64,000 nt of DNA from Candidatus Aminicenantes bacterium (GCA_963809345.1 CAWEJF010000013.1:57155-121154); one strand, 5' to 3'. Positions 29,230-40,012 are shown, counted from the stretch's first letter. Numbers and translations are program-made. The notes: generated from the letters alone by a model not told the origin.

Positions 29230-30552
29230 ATGTTCGACCAGCTCGCCGGCGGCCTCGGGAAGATGGTGAAGTTCCTCCGGGGCGAGGTCAAGGTCACGGA
29301 CAAGAACATGGCCGAGGCCCTAAAGATGATGCGCCTGGCCTTTCTGGAGGCCGACGTCAACTACAGGGTGGTCAAGGACTTCGAGGCCCGGATCAAGGAG
29401 AAGGCCCTGGGCGAGGAGGTCCTGAACGGACTCAACCCCGCCCAGCAGGTCATCAAGATCGTCCACGACGAGCTCACCGCCATCCTCGGCGGGGCCCGCA
29501 AGCCCCTCCAATTCGCCAGCCGGCCCCCGTCCATCATCATGCTTGTCGGCCTCCAGGGCAGCGGCAAGACGACGACCTGCGGCAAGCTGGCCCGTTGGGT
29601 CTCAGGGATCGGGAAGAACCCCTTGCTCGTCTCCTTCGACCTCAAGAGACCGGCCGCCCAGGACCAGCTGAGGTCGATCGCCGTGGGACTCGGCTTTCCC
29701 TTCTACGAGATGACGGCCATCCGGATGGCTTCCCCGAAGGAGGCCCTGAAGGAGCTCCTGGAGTACACGGCCAACCGCGGGTTCGATCCCCTCATCGTCG
29801 ACACGGCGGGGCGCCTCCACATCGACGACGAGCTCATGGACGAGCTGCGCCTGGTCAAGGATATCCTCAACCCGATCGAGACGATCTACGTCGGCGACGC
29901 CATGACGGGTCAGGACGCCGTGCGCAGCGCCCAGGCTTTCGAGGAGAGGATCGGCCTCACGGCCGTCATCCTGACCAAGCTCGACGGTGACGCCCGGGGC
30001 GGGGCGGCCCTGTCCATCGTCTCCGCGACCGGCCGGCCCATCAAGTTCATCGGCGTCGGCGAAAAGCCCGACAAGCTCGATGTCTTCCATCCTGAGCGCA
30101 TGGCCTCGCGCATCCTGGGCATGGGGGACATCCTGTCGCTTGTTGAGAAGGCCCAGGACCAGGCCGACGTCGCCGAGGCCGAGGAGATGGCCCGCAAGCT
30201 CCGCAAGCAGGAGTTCACCCTCGAGGATTTCAGGAAGCAGATCGTCCAGATGAAGAGAATGGGCTCGCTCACGGACCTCCTGGGCCATCTTCCCCAGGTG
30301 GGCCCCTTCAAGGCCCTGGGCAAGGCCCAGGTCGACGAGGGAAGGATCGCCCACTTCGCGGCCATCATCGATTCCATGACCCCAGAGGAGCGGGCCGACC
30401 CGCGGCTGCTGAACGGCAGCCGCCGGGCCCGCATCTCCCGAGGCAGCGGCCGGCCGGTGCACGAGATCAATCAGCTGGTCAAGCAATTTCTGGAAATGCG
30501 GAAGATGATGAAGCGCGCCTCGGTCCAGAAGCTCTTCGACGGCCTAAGATAG
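29230..30552 (+). CDS. ffh: Signal recognition particle protein Ffh
   Basis: N/G domain (GLQGSGKTTT, DTAGR, TKLDGD) plus a Met-rich M domain. Start chosen at MFDQLAGGL. Confidence 0.9.
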   Translation: MFDQLAGGLGKMVKFLRGEVKVTDKNMAEALKMMRLAFLEADVNYRVVKDFEARIKEKALGEEVLNGLNPAQQVIKIVHDELTAILGGARKPLQFASRPPSIIMLVGLQGSGKTTTCGKLARWVSGIGKNPLLVSFDLKRPAAQDQLRSIAVGLGFPFYEMTAIRMASPKEALKELLEYTANRGFDPLIVDTAGRLHIDDELMDELRLVKDILNPIETIYVGDAMTGQDAVRSAQAFEERIGLTAVILTKLDGDARGGAALSIVSATGRPIKFIGVGEKPDKLDVFHPERMASRILGMGDILSLVEKAQDQADVAEAEEMARKLRKQEFTLEDFRKQIVQMKRMGSLTDLLGHLPQVGPFKALGKAQVDEGRIAHFAAIIDSMTPEERADPRLLNGSRRARISRGSGRPVHEINQLVKQFLEMRKMMKRASVQKLFDGLR

Positions 30553-30601
30553 ATTCTTGTTCTTCCTGCTTCCAGACAGATTTCCTTTCAAGGCGGCGAG
30601 G

Positions 30602-30700
30602 GAATTCGCCTCGCAGATCCCCGTCCGTGGAGGGGGGACCCGCGCAGCGGGGGGAACCGGACGACTGGTTCCCGGGGGGCCGGGGAGCTAGAGGCGATTC
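30602..30700 (+). repeat. Structured GC-rich repeat element, copy C (3' of ffh)
   Basis: Same three-helix core with compensatory substitutions. Outer stem GAATTCGCCTC / GAGGCGATTC. Confidence 0.75.
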
Positions 30701-30725
30701 CCGAGCGAAGCCGTAGAGAGGAAAT

Positions 30726-31517
30726 CTAGCGTCCTTCGAGGACCTGCTCCACGCACTCGAGCCAGAAAGCGGCGTAGTCCTCCCAGAAGACGAAGTTCAG
30801 CCCCCAGTGCGGGGCGGGGTCGGACATGTAGGCGAGGACGTGGCCCCGGCCGCAGCTCCGGAGGGCCAAGAGGGGGTCGCCCGAATCCCGGACCTCGAGG
30901 AGGACCCGGCCCTCGGGAATGGCCATCGTCTTGTTGTAACCCAGGATGGGCGGCATCGTCCGGAGGTTGATCGACTTGAAGAAGCGCTCGCCGGCGGCCG
31001 TGAGCTCGGCATCGAAGCCCTCCGTGCTCTCCACGAGGTCCTCGTGGTCGAGGCAGCGGACCGGCAGGACCTCCCGCAGCCGCGTGCGGCCCCAGCCGCC
31101 CTTGCCCAGCTCACCGGTGAAGGAGTACCAGCCGCCGAGGAACATGGCCGATTTGCCTTCCTTGATGGCCTCGACGGTCAGCCGGATCCGGTCCGGATAC
31201 GTCAGGACGGCCTTCCCGAACTTCTCGCGGTCGAAAAAATTCGGGGCCAGCTGGAAGAGCTTGGCGTCGACGTCGCTGAAGATGAGGACGTCGTAGTCGG
31301 CGAGAATGCGCTCATAATCCCCCGGGCCGAGGTGGTTGTAGAAGTCCCAGGCCGCGACGGACTCGACCTGGTGCTTCCCGGTCGATTCCAGGGCGTCCTT
31401 CAGCCACTTGCCGTAATTGACGATGTCGAGGCCCTTGGGCGAGTGATAGAATGGCGTCTCGGCGAACACGGGGCCGGTCAGGACCGCCCAATCGCCGACA
31501 TAGTAAATCTTGGCCAT
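30726..31517 (-). CDS. Hypothetical cytoplasmic protein (possibly GATase1-like fold)
   Basis: Start MAKIYYVGDW preceded by GGAGA. No confident family assignment. Confidence 0.45.
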   Translation of the reverse strand: MAKIYYVGDWAVLTGPVFAETPFYHSPKGLDIVNYGKWLKDALESTGKHQVESVAAWDFYNHLGPGDYERILADYDVLIFSDVDAKLFQLAPNFFDREKFGKAVLTYPDRIRLTVEAIKEGKSAMFLGGWYSFTGELGKGGWGRTRLREVLPVRCLDHEDLVESTEGFDAELTAAGERFFKSINLRTMPPILGYNKTMAIPEGRVLLEVRDSGDPLLALRSCGRGHVLAYMSDPAPHWGLNFVFWEDYAAFWLECVEQVLEGR

Positions 31518-31619
31518 GTCCTTTGTCTCCTTCCGCAGGCATAGGATAACAGAGAACGCCGGGCAGAGGAAGGGGTCTGAACAGGGTGTCCTCTCCGGGG
31601 GACAGGGCCGGATTTCCAG

Positions 31620-31648
31620 TTGACTTACCCCTTGAATTCCGATATGAT
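31620..31648 (+). promoter_or_regulatory. Sigma-70-like promoter for the rpsP operon (TTGACT-17 nt-TATGAT)
   Basis: -35 TTGACT 31620-31625, 17-nt spacer, -10 TATGAT 31643-31648. About 40 nt upstream of the rpsP ATG. Confidence 0.5.
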
Positions 31649-31686
31649 TCACCAGCAATTACCTCTACCACGGAAGTGAAACCACA

Positions 31687-31971
31687 ATGATAACCATGCG
31701 CTTGATGAGATTTGGCACCAAAAAGAAACCGACCTACCGGGTCGTGGTGATGGACTCGCAGAGAGCCCGCCAGAGCCAGGCCCTGGACACGTTGGGCACC
31801 TACACCCCCCTCGATGACCCCGCCGGCGTCAAGCTCGACCTCGCAAAAGCGAACACGTGGATCGCCAAGGGTGTCCGCCCGTCGGCCACGGTCCAATCCC
31901 TTCTGGATAGAGTCTCCAAGTCCTCGAAGCCCGCGAAATCCGCGAAACCCGCCCAGGACGCGAAAGCATAA
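31687..31971 (+). CDS. rpsP: 30S ribosomal protein S16
   Basis: [25 protein letters not shown]... matches the S16 N-terminus. Confidence 0.85.
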   Translation: MITMRLMRFGTKKKPTYRVVVMDSQRARQSQALDTLGTYTPLDDPAGVKLDLAKANTWIAKGVRPSATVQSLLDRVSKSSKPAKSAKPAQDAKA

Positions 31972-31982
31972 AGGAGGTCACC

Positions 31983-32219
31983 GTGAAAGAACTCGTTGAG
32001 CTCATTGCCAAGGCGTTGGTGGACCAGCCGGAACGGGTGCAGGTTTCCCTGCTCGAGGGAGAACAGACCACCATCCTCGAGCTCAAAGTCGCCCCGGAGG
32101 ACCTCGGCAAGGTGATCGGGAAACAAGGACGGACGGCGCGGGCCATCCGCATCATCCTCGGCGCCGCGGGGATGAAGCTGAAGAGGCGCTTCAATCTCGA
32201 GATCATTGAAAAAGGCTGA
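31983..32219 (+). CDS. KH-domain RNA-binding protein (YlqC/UPF0109 family)
   Basis: GTG start after aaggagg. [15 protein letters not shown] is the KH GXXG loop. Conserved position between rpsP and rimM. Confidence 0.75.
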   Translation: MKELVELIAKALVDQPERVQVSLLEGEQTTILELKVAPEDLGKVIGKQGRTARAIRIILGAAGMKLKRRFNLEIIEKG

Positions 32220-32727
32220 CCTCGTCGCCCTCGGCAAGGTCGTCCGGAGCCAGGGGCGCGACGGCTGCGTCAAGCTCAGGCTCAACGAAAAAGGGCCCAC
32301 CAGGTTCGCCGGCGCGACCGTTTATCTCGGGAGCGGGGACGGCTTCGAGGCCTACGAAGTCGCATCCCTGACCCTCGACCGCAACGCCACTTTCCTGAAG
32401 CTCAAGGGCGTCGACACCCTGGCCGCGGCCGACGCTCTGGCCGGCTGCGATGTTTTCGCCGCCGAGTCAGATTTCGCCGGCCCCGCTGAGGACAGCTTCT
32501 ACGACTTCCAGGTCATCGGCAGCCGGGTCCTGACCCGCGACGGGGCCGAAGTCGGAGTCGTCGCCGCAATCCTGCCCGCCGGCGGGCAGACGCTGCTCGT
32601 CGTGAGGCGGACGGAGGACGAAGTGTACGTCCCCTTTAATGAGGCCATCTGCGTGAGCGTGGACCCCGAGCGGAAAGAGGTCGTCATCGACCCTCCCGAG
32701 GGTCTTTTGGACTTGAATGAGATTTGA
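32206..32727 (+). CDS. rimM: Ribosome maturation factor RimM
   Basis: TTG start. [18 protein letters not shown]-barrel-family motifs. Conserved rpsP-rimM-trmD-rplS order. Confidence 0.85.
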   Translation: MKKADLVALGKVVRSQGRDGCVKLRLNEKGPTRFAGATVYLGSGDGFEAYEVASLTLDRNATFLKLKGVDTLAAADALAGCDVFAAESDFAGPAEDSFYDFQVIGSRVLTRDGAEVGVVAAILPAGGQTLLVVRRTEDEVYVPFNEAICVSVDPERKEVVIDPPEGLLDLNEI

Positions 32728-33454
32728 TATAATCACGATTTTCCCGGAGATGTTCGCCGGCGTCTTCTCGGGCGGGGTCGTCAAGAGGGCCCTGGACCGG
32801 GAGGTCGTCCGGATCGCGGTGCACGACCTGCGGGATTTCACGACGGACAAGCACCGCCAGGTCGACGACAGGCCCTTCGGGGGCCTGGAAGGAATGGTCT
32901 TGAAGCCCGAGCCCGTCTTTCGCGCCGTCGAGGCCGTCCGTGAGGACGAGGGGAGCAAGGTCTACCTTCTCTCCCCCCAGGGCCGGACCCTGGACGCCGG
33001 GCTGGCGCAGGAGCTGGCCTCGGAGCGTCAGGTCATTCTCATCTGCGGGCGGTATGAGGGAGTGGACGAGCGCGTCGCCGAGCACCTTGTCGACGGCGAG
33101 ATCTCGATCGGCGACTACGTCCTGTCGGGCGGGGAGCTGGCCGCCGCGGTCGTCATCGACGCGGCTGCGCGCTTCGTTGCCGGCGTCGTCGGCAAGGAGG
33201 GGTCCGTTCGGAACGACTCCTTCAACGGCGGGATCCTCGATTATCCCCAGTACACGCGGCCGCGCGAATTCCGCGGCCTCAAGGTGCCGTCCGTCCTCTT
33301 CTCGGGCGACCACAAGAAGATCGAGCGCTGGCGGCGGAAGAAAGCCCTGGAAAAAACGGTCCGGCTGCGGCCGGACCTCGTCAGGCATAGAGACCTGTCC
33401 CCGGAAGACCGGGATCTTCTGGAGAAAATCCCGAACGAAAGGAAGCATGAATGA
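32717..33454 (+). CDS. trmD: tRNA (guanine37-N1)-methyltransferase
   Basis: [13 protein letters not shown]...SPQG...[12 protein letters not shown]...[14 protein letters not shown] motifs. Confidence 0.9.
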   Translation: MRFDIITIFPEMFAGVFSGGVVKRALDREVVRIAVHDLRDFTTDKHRQVDDRPFGGLEGMVLKPEPVFRAVEAVREDEGSKVYLLSPQGRTLDAGLAQELASERQVILICGRYEGVDERVAEHLVDGEISIGDYVLSGGELAAAVVIDAAARFVAGVVGKEGSVRNDSFNGGILDYPQYTRPREFRGLKVPSVLFSGDHKKIERWRRKKALEKTVRLRPDLVRHRDLSPEDRDLLEKIPNERKHE

Positions 33455-33795
33455 ACATCATCAACGCGGTCGAGGATAAACATCTCAGGAAGGACCTCGT
33501 GCCCTTCAATGTCGGGGACACGGTCAAGGTCCACGTCATCATCCGCGAGGGCGACAAGGAGCGCATCCAGATCTTCCGCGGCGACGTCATCGCCAAGCGC
33601 GGCGGCAGCGTGAAGGCCACCTTCACGGTCCGCAAGGTCTCCTTCGGCGTCGGCGTCGAGCGCGTCTTCCCCCTCCATTCCAAGATGATCAAGACGATCG
33701 AGGTCGTCCGCAAGGCCAACGTCAGGCGGGCCAAACTCTATTACCTGCGCGACCTCAAGGGCAAGGCCGCCCGGCTCAAAGAGGACCAGGGCTGA
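33451..33795 (+). CDS. rplS: 50S ribosomal protein L19
   Basis: [35 protein letters not shown]... matches L19. Confidence 0.9.
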   Translation: MNIINAVEDKHLRKDLVPFNVGDTVKVHVIIREGDKERIQIFRGDVIAKRGGSVKATFTVRKVSFGVGVERVFPLHSKMIKTIEVVRKANVRRAKLYYLRDLKGKAARLKEDQG

Positions 33796-33806
33796 CCGCG
33801 AGGGCT

Positions 33807-34418
33807 GTGGCCAGCTTCAGGCTCGAAAAAAGGCTCGCCCGGGACGGCGCCCGGCTCGTTGCCGGCGTCGACGAGGTGGGTCGGGGCTCCCTTTTCGGGC
33901 CCGTCGTGGCGGCCGCGGTCATCCTGCCGGCCGCGTGGCTCGTGCGCCGTCCTCCCGCCTGGGTCAGCGACATCGACGATTCCAAGCTCGTTGCCCCGGC
34001 CCGGCGCGCCGAGCTCGCCGCCGCCCTCATCCGCGAGGCCGCGAGTGTGGGCGTAGGACTCGCCTCCGCTACCGAGATCGACGCCATGAACATCTATCAG
34101 GCCGCCCAGCTGGCCATGGTCCGGGCCATCGACAGCCTGCCCGAGGCGCCGGACGTCCTCCTGGTTGACGGGTTCCCGATAAAAGAGGTAAAGTACCGCC
34201 AGATGGGCATTCCGCGGGGGGACCGCCTGTGCCGGTCGATCGCCGCGGCGTCCATTGTAGCCAAGGTCTTCCGGGACGGGCTCATGGAGACATTCGATGC
34301 GCTCTACGAAGGCTACGGCCTGGCCCGGAACAAGGGGTACGGAACGGAGGAGCATCTCCGGGCGCTGAGGGAAAAGGGTCCGACGGGACTCCATCGGACC
34401 TCCTTCAAGCTCGGCTGA
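33807..34418 (+). CDS. rnhB: Ribonuclease HII
   Basis: GVDEVGRGSLFGPVVAAAVIL (DEVGRG catalytic motif)...DDSK. GTG start. Confidence 0.85.
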   Translation: MASFRLEKRLARDGARLVAGVDEVGRGSLFGPVVAAAVILPAAWLVRRPPAWVSDIDDSKLVAPARRAELAAALIREAASVGVGLASATEIDAMNIYQAAQLAMVRAIDSLPEAPDVLLVDGFPIKEVKYRQMGIPRGDRLCRSIAAASIVAKVFRDGLMETFDALYEGYGLARNKGYGTEEHLRALREKGPTGLHRTSFKLG

Positions 34419-34429
34419 GGACGGGACGC

Positions 34430-36684
34430 ATGAGCGCGCGCAGCGATCGGGTCAGGATCGTCGAGCAGGCCGAGAAATTCGTCAGGGCTGGCCGGGTCAA
34501 GGAGGCCATCGCCGAATACGAGAGGCTCTCGCTCGGCGACCCCCAGGACGTCGGGACCCTCAACATCATCGGCGACCTCTACATCCGCCTCGGCCAGAAC
34601 GACAAAGCCATCCGCTCCTTCCAGCGGGTCGCCGAGGAATACGAGCGGCGGGGGCTCTTCTCGCAGGCCCTGGCCATCTGCAAGAAGATCCACAAGCTCA
34701 CCCCCGAGAGCACCGACCACGCCCTCAAGCTCGGCGACCTCTACGCCCAGCAAGGCTTCGCCGCCGAAGCCAAGACCGTCTACGCATCGGTCGCCAGCCG
34801 GCTGGCCGGGGCGGGTCAGGCCGTCGAGGCCATCGCCATCTTCGAGAAGATCGTCAAGATCGATCGCGAGGACCACGACGCCCGGAAGGCGCTGGCCCGG
34901 CTGTATCGGGAATCCGGGAACGTCGATGCGGCCGTGACGCAGCTCGACGAGAGCGCCGACGTCCGCATCGAGAAGGGTGAGCTCGACGAGGCCGCCGCCG
35001 TCCTCCACGAGGCCCTGGCCCTGCGGCCGGGCGATCCCCGCAGCATCGTCGCCCTGGTCGACGTCTATAAGCGGCAGGAGCGGACGGACAAGGCCGTCGC
35101 GCTTCTCGAAAAAGAGCTGGCCGCGGCGCCCGACAACGTCCAGCTCCTCAACATCCTCGGCAACATCCATTTCGAGGCGGGCGAGACCACGACGGCCGAG
35201 GAGATCTTCACCCGCATCGTCACCGGCCACCCCCTCAACGTCAACGCCCGCATCAAGCTCGGGCGGATCCAGATCCTCAAGGACAAGCTCGACCAGGCCT
35301 ACGAGCTGTTCGAGCCGTTGATCAACAACCTCGTCAAGAAACATCGCGACGAAAAGGCCATCGGCCTCCTGGGGCTCATCCTGGAGAGCCAAAAGCCCCA
35401 TCTGCCCGCGCTCGAGCGTCTGGCCCTGATTTACCGGTCGAACAAAGAGGTCAAGAAGCTCGAGGTCGTGGACCGGGCCATCCTCGACGAGCTGCGCCGG
35501 ATCGGCGAGAAAGAGCGGATGGTCGGCGTCACCTCGGAGCTCCTCGAGCTCCGTCCCGATGACGCCGATCTCGCCCGGGAGATGCGGGCCCTCCGGCAGG
35601 AGCTGGGTCTGCCGGTCGATGAGGTCCAGGAGGAATCCCCGGACCTTTCGGAGAAGGACCGAGAAGCGATCCGCGAGGTCATGAGCCAGGCCGATCTCTA
35701 CCTCCAGCAGGGGCTCGTGCGGATCGCCCGCCGGCTCCTCGAGAACCTCCGCTTCCGCTACCCCGAGGACCCCCAGATCGTGCGCAAGATCGCCGTCCTC
35801 GACGAGGTCCGGACCCACATCGACGAGGACGAGATCCGCCGGCGCGTCGAGAAGACGACCATCCTCGAGGCCCAGCTCAAGGAAAAGGCCGCCGGCAAGA
35901 GGGCCGAAGGCAAAAAGGCCGAGGAAAAGAAGACCGACGACGCGAAGGGCGAAGTGGGAAAGGCCGAGGCCCGGAAGTCCGAAGAAAGCGTCCCCGAGGC
36001 CCCGAGAACGGAGGACAAGAAGGTCGAGGCAAAACGGAAGCCGGCCGGTCCCTTCAAAGCCGAGGTCCTCGAAGGGGAGAAGATCAGCACGGCCGATCTG
36101 TTCGCCGAGACCGACATCATCCCCTTCGTCAACGCCGAAACGGGAGAGAGGACGTACGACGACCTCCGGGAGGCGGCCGCGGCCGAGCTGCGCTGGATCG
36201 CAGCGGCCCGGGCCCGCATGCTCCAGGGGAACGCTTCGCCGCTCGAGCGGTCGCTCACGGCGATCGTCTCCGATTTCCGCAAGGACTTGGGCAAGACCGC
36301 CATCGCCGAGGACCCCGATACCCATTATGAGCTCGGCCTGGCGTTCATGGGCCAGGGCCTCATCCCGGAGGCGGTCGAGGAGCTGAGGGAGGCGGCCAAG
36401 GACAAGAGGCTGGCCATCGACAGCTACTAGCCTCATCAGCCAGTGCTATCGGCAGAAGCGGGATTTCGACGCGGCCGCGAAGTGGATGAAGACGGCCATG
36501 GCCGAGGCCAAGCCTGGACACCGATCAGTACTACGCCCTCGTCTACGAGCTCGCCGAGATCATGGAAGACTCCGACGATCGCGAGAGGGCCGCCGCGTTC
36601 TTCCGGGAGATCCGCGATTGGAACCCGGGCTTCCGGAACGTCGCCGCCCGCCTCGACGCCCTCGAAAAAACAGCCGTGCGCTGA
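34430..36684 (+). pseudogene. Large TPR-repeat protein. Intact to 36430, but the evident C-terminal continuation (to the TGA at 36682-36684) is split by two +1 frameshifts.
   Basis: Main frame ends ...KDKRLAIDSY* at 36430. The +1 frame continues LISQCYRQKRDFDAAAKWMKTAMAEAKPG. The next +1 frame continues DTDQYYALVYELAEIMEDSDDRERAAAFFREIRDWNPGFRNVAARLDALEKTAVR*. Both read as genuine TPR sequence. Confidence 0.6.
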
Positions 36685-36780
36685 TCCAGATCCAGCGGGA
36701 AAAACTGCCCGGGAAAAGAAGAAGAGGGACGGCTCCCGGGTCAGACTCAGAGCCGGGGACATCCCTCTGGGTGTCTTGAT

Positions 36781-37525
36781 TCAGTCGACGATCTTGGCGG
36801 AGATGATGAGGATGAGGCCCTTGTCGCCGCCGTCGAGCTTGGAGACGCCGACGACCGTCCGTCGCCGGACTTGATGTTGAGAACGTGTTCGATGAGCGTG
36901 GCACATTGATGATGGGCTTTTCGCCCGACACAACCGGTCTGCACGATCCTGCTCCAGCCGGATCTCTGTCTTGATGACCGCCGCTTTTACAGTCCCCAGC
37001 GACGTCCGGCTGGAGGGCTAACTCGAATTCGGCCTTCGGACCGAACTTGACTTCGCGTTCTCCCTGTTGACGGTCCGTACGAGCGTGGCGTCGAGGAACG
37101 TGTAGCCCTTGAAGCGTAGGAGCTTGCGCAGCTCCCGGATAATGGGATCGTTCTGGAGCTCGGGTCGGTCGTGGCGTCGGCTTCCGAACCCAGGACGAGC
37201 TGGACCGTGTAGAGGACGTCGGCCGGCTTGACGTCGAGCTCGCGGATGGCGGCCAGGATCTTCTCGACGTTCTCAGGCGTATCGCTGACCGTAAGGACCG
37301 CTGGCATGTTTGGGTTGAACTGTATGATGCGTCCGTCGCGGCTGACATAGGTGTAGAGCAGATTATCAATGTCCTGGGCCCGGACGTATTTGAGCTTGAC
37401 GATCTCCTTCCGTAGGTTCTTCGTCTCGGCTTTCTGTTCCTGCGTGGCAGGATCAACGGGGTCTTCGGCCAAGGCGGGCATGACGACAGCCAGGGTGAAA
37501 GCCAACGCTAAGAGCGCGATCATTC
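36781..37525 (-). pseudogene. Secretin-N/STN-like periplasmic protein gene, disrupted by at least 3 frameshifts
   Basis: Starts with a signal peptide, MKKGMIALLALAFTLAVVMPALA. Frame 0: KLKYVRAQDIDNLL...FNPNMPAVLTVSDTPENVEKILAAIRELDV (secretin-N-like). Shifted frames then continue as ELQNDPIIRELRKLLRFKGYTFLDATLVRTVNRENAK, then VKFGPKAEFE..., and finally ...VVGVSKLDGGDKGLILIISAKIVD*. The start overlaps the anti-sigma stop (ATGA). Confidence 0.5.
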
Positions 37526-38051
37526 CTTTCTTCATTCTTGTTCTCCTTTGTAATCGAAATTCTTGTCGAGGAACCAGACGACTTGGAGCCCGGTTTCCGG
37601 CGAAACCATGGTGATGGCGACCCTGTCCTGGCGGGGATTCTCCGACGCGATGACCATGCCGCCTTCGCCCGTCTCGCTTTCCGGTCCCGGCGACGGCCCC
37701 CTGAAGGATCACCGAGAGGATGGCCAGCCCGATCACGGCGCCGAGGACCGAGGCCGCGGCCCAGCTCGGCGTGCGGACGGGCCTGCCGGCGTCGGCAGAC
37801 GCCCTCCGGGCTCCCCGCGCCTCCGCGGCCACCCGGACCATCAGGGCGTTCCATTCGCCCTCGCCCCATCCCGGGACGCCTTCCGCTTTTGCCGCGGACT
37901 TGACCTCGGCCAGGGCCGCCCGGAACCCTTCGAGTTCCGCCCGGCAGCCCGGGCAGGCGTCGACATGGGCGCGAACGGCGCGAGCGAGACGCGGCTTCAG
38001 ATCGTCGCCCGCCAAGAGCGGCATGAGCTTGCGGACCTTTCGGCACGTCAT
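37522..38051 (-). pseudogene. Zinc-finger anti-sigma factor (HxxxCxxC, single TM), frameshifted near 37690
   Basis: N-terminus MTCRKVRKLMPLLAGDDLKPRLARAVRAHVDACPGCRAELEGF, then a TM helix AASVLGAVIGLAILSVIL. After the TM the reading frame becomes Arg/His-rich. A -1 shift restores ...GEGGMVIASENPRQDRVAITMVSPETGLQVVWFLDKNFDYKGEQE*. Confidence 0.55.
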
Positions 38052-38631
38052 CGTCCTTCCTCCAGATGGGGGCAGTCCCGCCGGATGGCCTCGCGGAGCT
38101 TGCGCCGGGCCGAGGACAGGTTGACCCGGACCGAGATCGCCGAGCAGCCCAGCACCCGGGACGTCTCCCGGATGTCGAGCTCCTCGAGATCCCGGAGCAC
38201 GAAAACCTCCCGCTCCCTCCGGCTGAGGGCGGCCAGCGAACTCATGATGCCGGCCCGGAGCTCCCGCCGGTCGTGCCCGGCCTCCGGATCGGCGGCCGCC
38301 AACCGGTTGTCGCTGCGGGCGCCCGCCCGACCACCTCGCTGAAGGCCGCCTGCTCCCGCGACCTTTTCCTGGTGCGGTCCCGGGCCTCGTTGGCCGCGAT
38401 CTGGAAAAGCCAGTTCCGGAACGAGCGGGAGACGTCGAAGCGGCCGAGCGAGCGGAAAGCGCGGAGCAGGGCTTCTTGAACGACCTCGAGGGCCTCTTCC
38501 CGGTTGCGGGTCAGCCGGGTCGCGAAGGCGAGGAGCCGGTCCCTGTGAGGGGTGATCAGCGGCTCGAATGCCTCGGTGCGGCCGGAGAGAACCATGTCGA
38601 TGAGCTCCTTCTCCGTCTCGTTCATCCGCAT
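38048..38631 (-). pseudogene. ECF (sigma-70 family group IV) sigma factor, frameshifted near 38320
   Basis: Region 2 lies in frame 38242..38631 (EEALEVVQEALLRAFRSLGRFDVSRSFRNWLFQIAANEARD). Region 4 lies in a different frame, 38048..38250 (LSRREREVFVLRDLEELDIRETSRVLGCSAISVRVNLSSARRKLREAI). The stop overlaps the anti-sigma start. Confidence 0.6.
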
Positions 38632-38773
38632 GGTTATACCCGGCGCCGGGCGGAAACGTTAAGGCCTTCCGGACAGGCATGAAGATAGCACAACAGCCGG
38701 GGGATGCCAAAAGACAGAAAGGCCGTTTCTTAACAGATACTTATAAGCAAGCCGGCCTTCGCCGTGGAGCGGC

Positions 38774-40012
38774 TCAGGCGCCGACGTGGACGAGGTCCTT
38801 GACCTTCTTGAAGACCTCGAGCACCCGGTCGACCTGCGCGTCCGTATGCGTCGCCATGTAGCTCGTCCGCAGGCACGAGAACTCCGGCGTGACGGAGGGC
38901 GGCAGGGCGACGTTGGTGTAGATGCCTTCCGCGAAGAAGATCTTCCAGGCCTCGATGGCCTTCATCATGTCGCCGATCACGATGGGGATGATGGGTGTTT
39001 CGCTCTCGCCGATGTTGTAGCCCATGGCCCGGAGCTCGCCTCTGACCCGAGCCGCGATCGTGTTGACCCGCGCGACGCGTTCCGGTTCCGCTTCGAGGAT
39101 GTCGAGGCAGGCCAGGACCGTGGCCACGTTCGAAGGCGGCAGGCTGGCGCTGAACATGAACGGCCGGGCGAACATCTGGATGAAGTGGACGGCCTCCTTG
39201 GGGCCGGCGATGAAGCCGCCGACCGAGGCGAGGGACTTGCTGAACGTGCCCATGACCAGGTCGACGTCCTTCTGGAGACCGAAGTGCCAGCCCGTACCCC
39301 GGCCGCCGCCGAGGACGCCGATGGCGTGGGCGTCATCCGACATGAACCGGGCGCCGTACTTTCGGCAAAGGGGGATGATCTCGGGCAGCTTGGCGATGTC
39401 GCCGCCCATGCTGAAGACGCCGTCGACGATGACGAGCTTGGCCGGCTCGGACGGCAGGGACTTCAGGACGGCCTCGAGATCGGCCATGTCGTTGTGCTTG
39501 TAGTAGCGGGTTTGGACGTTCTTGACGGCCTTGGCCATGCGAACGCCGTCGATGATGCTGGCGTGGACTTCTCTATCGGTGATGATGATGTCGTCTTTGT
39601 CCATGATGGCCGGGATCGTGCCCAGGTTGACCTGGAAGCCGGTGCTGAAGACGAGGGCCGCCTCCATGCCGACGTACTTGGCCAGCCGCGCCTCGAGCTC
39701 GATGTGGAGGTCGAGGGTGCCGTTGAGGAAGCGCGAGCCGGTGCAGCTCGTGCCGTACTTCCTGACGGCCTCGATGGCCGCTTCCTTGACCTTGGGGTGG
39801 TTGGTCAGCCCGACATAGTTGTTCGAGCCGATCATGATGAACTTCTGGCCGTGGATGTAGACCTCGGTGCCCTCGGCGTGCTCGATGGGGATGAAGTAGG
39901 GGAAGAGGCCCATGGCCTGGGCGGTCCGGGGGTTGAGGGGATAACCGTATTTCTGGGCGACCACGGGGTCGGAGTAGAAGCCGATACATTTCTCGAAAAG
40001 GTCCATTTTCAC
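38774..40012 (-). CDS. PLP-dependent alpha-oxoamine synthase family acyltransferase (Kbl/BioF/serine palmitoyltransferase-like)
   Basis: Fold-type I PLP enzyme with GTFSKS (Lys) and HAS...DG motifs characteristic of the AONS/KBL/SPT family. Confidence 0.8.
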   Translation of the reverse strand: MKMDLFEKCIGFYSDPVVAQKYGYPLNPRTAQAMGLFPYFIPIEHAEGTEVYIHGQKFIMIGSNNYVGLTNHPKVKEAAIEAVRKYGTSCTGSRFLNGTLDLHIELEARLAKYVGMEAALVFSTGFQVNLGTIPAIMDKDDIIITDREVHASIIDGVRMAKAVKNVQTRYYKHNDMADLEAVLKSLPSEPAKLVIVDGVFSMGGDIAKLPEIIPLCRKYGARFMSDDAHAIGVLGGGRGTGWHFGLQKDVDLVMGTFSKSLASVGGFIAGPKEAVHFIQMFARPFMFSASLPPSNVATVLACLDILEAEPERVARVNTIAARVRGELRAMGYNIGESETPIIPIVIGDMMKAIEAWKIFFAEGIYTNVALPPSVTPEFSCLRTSYMATHTDAQVDRVLEVFKKVKDLVHVGA

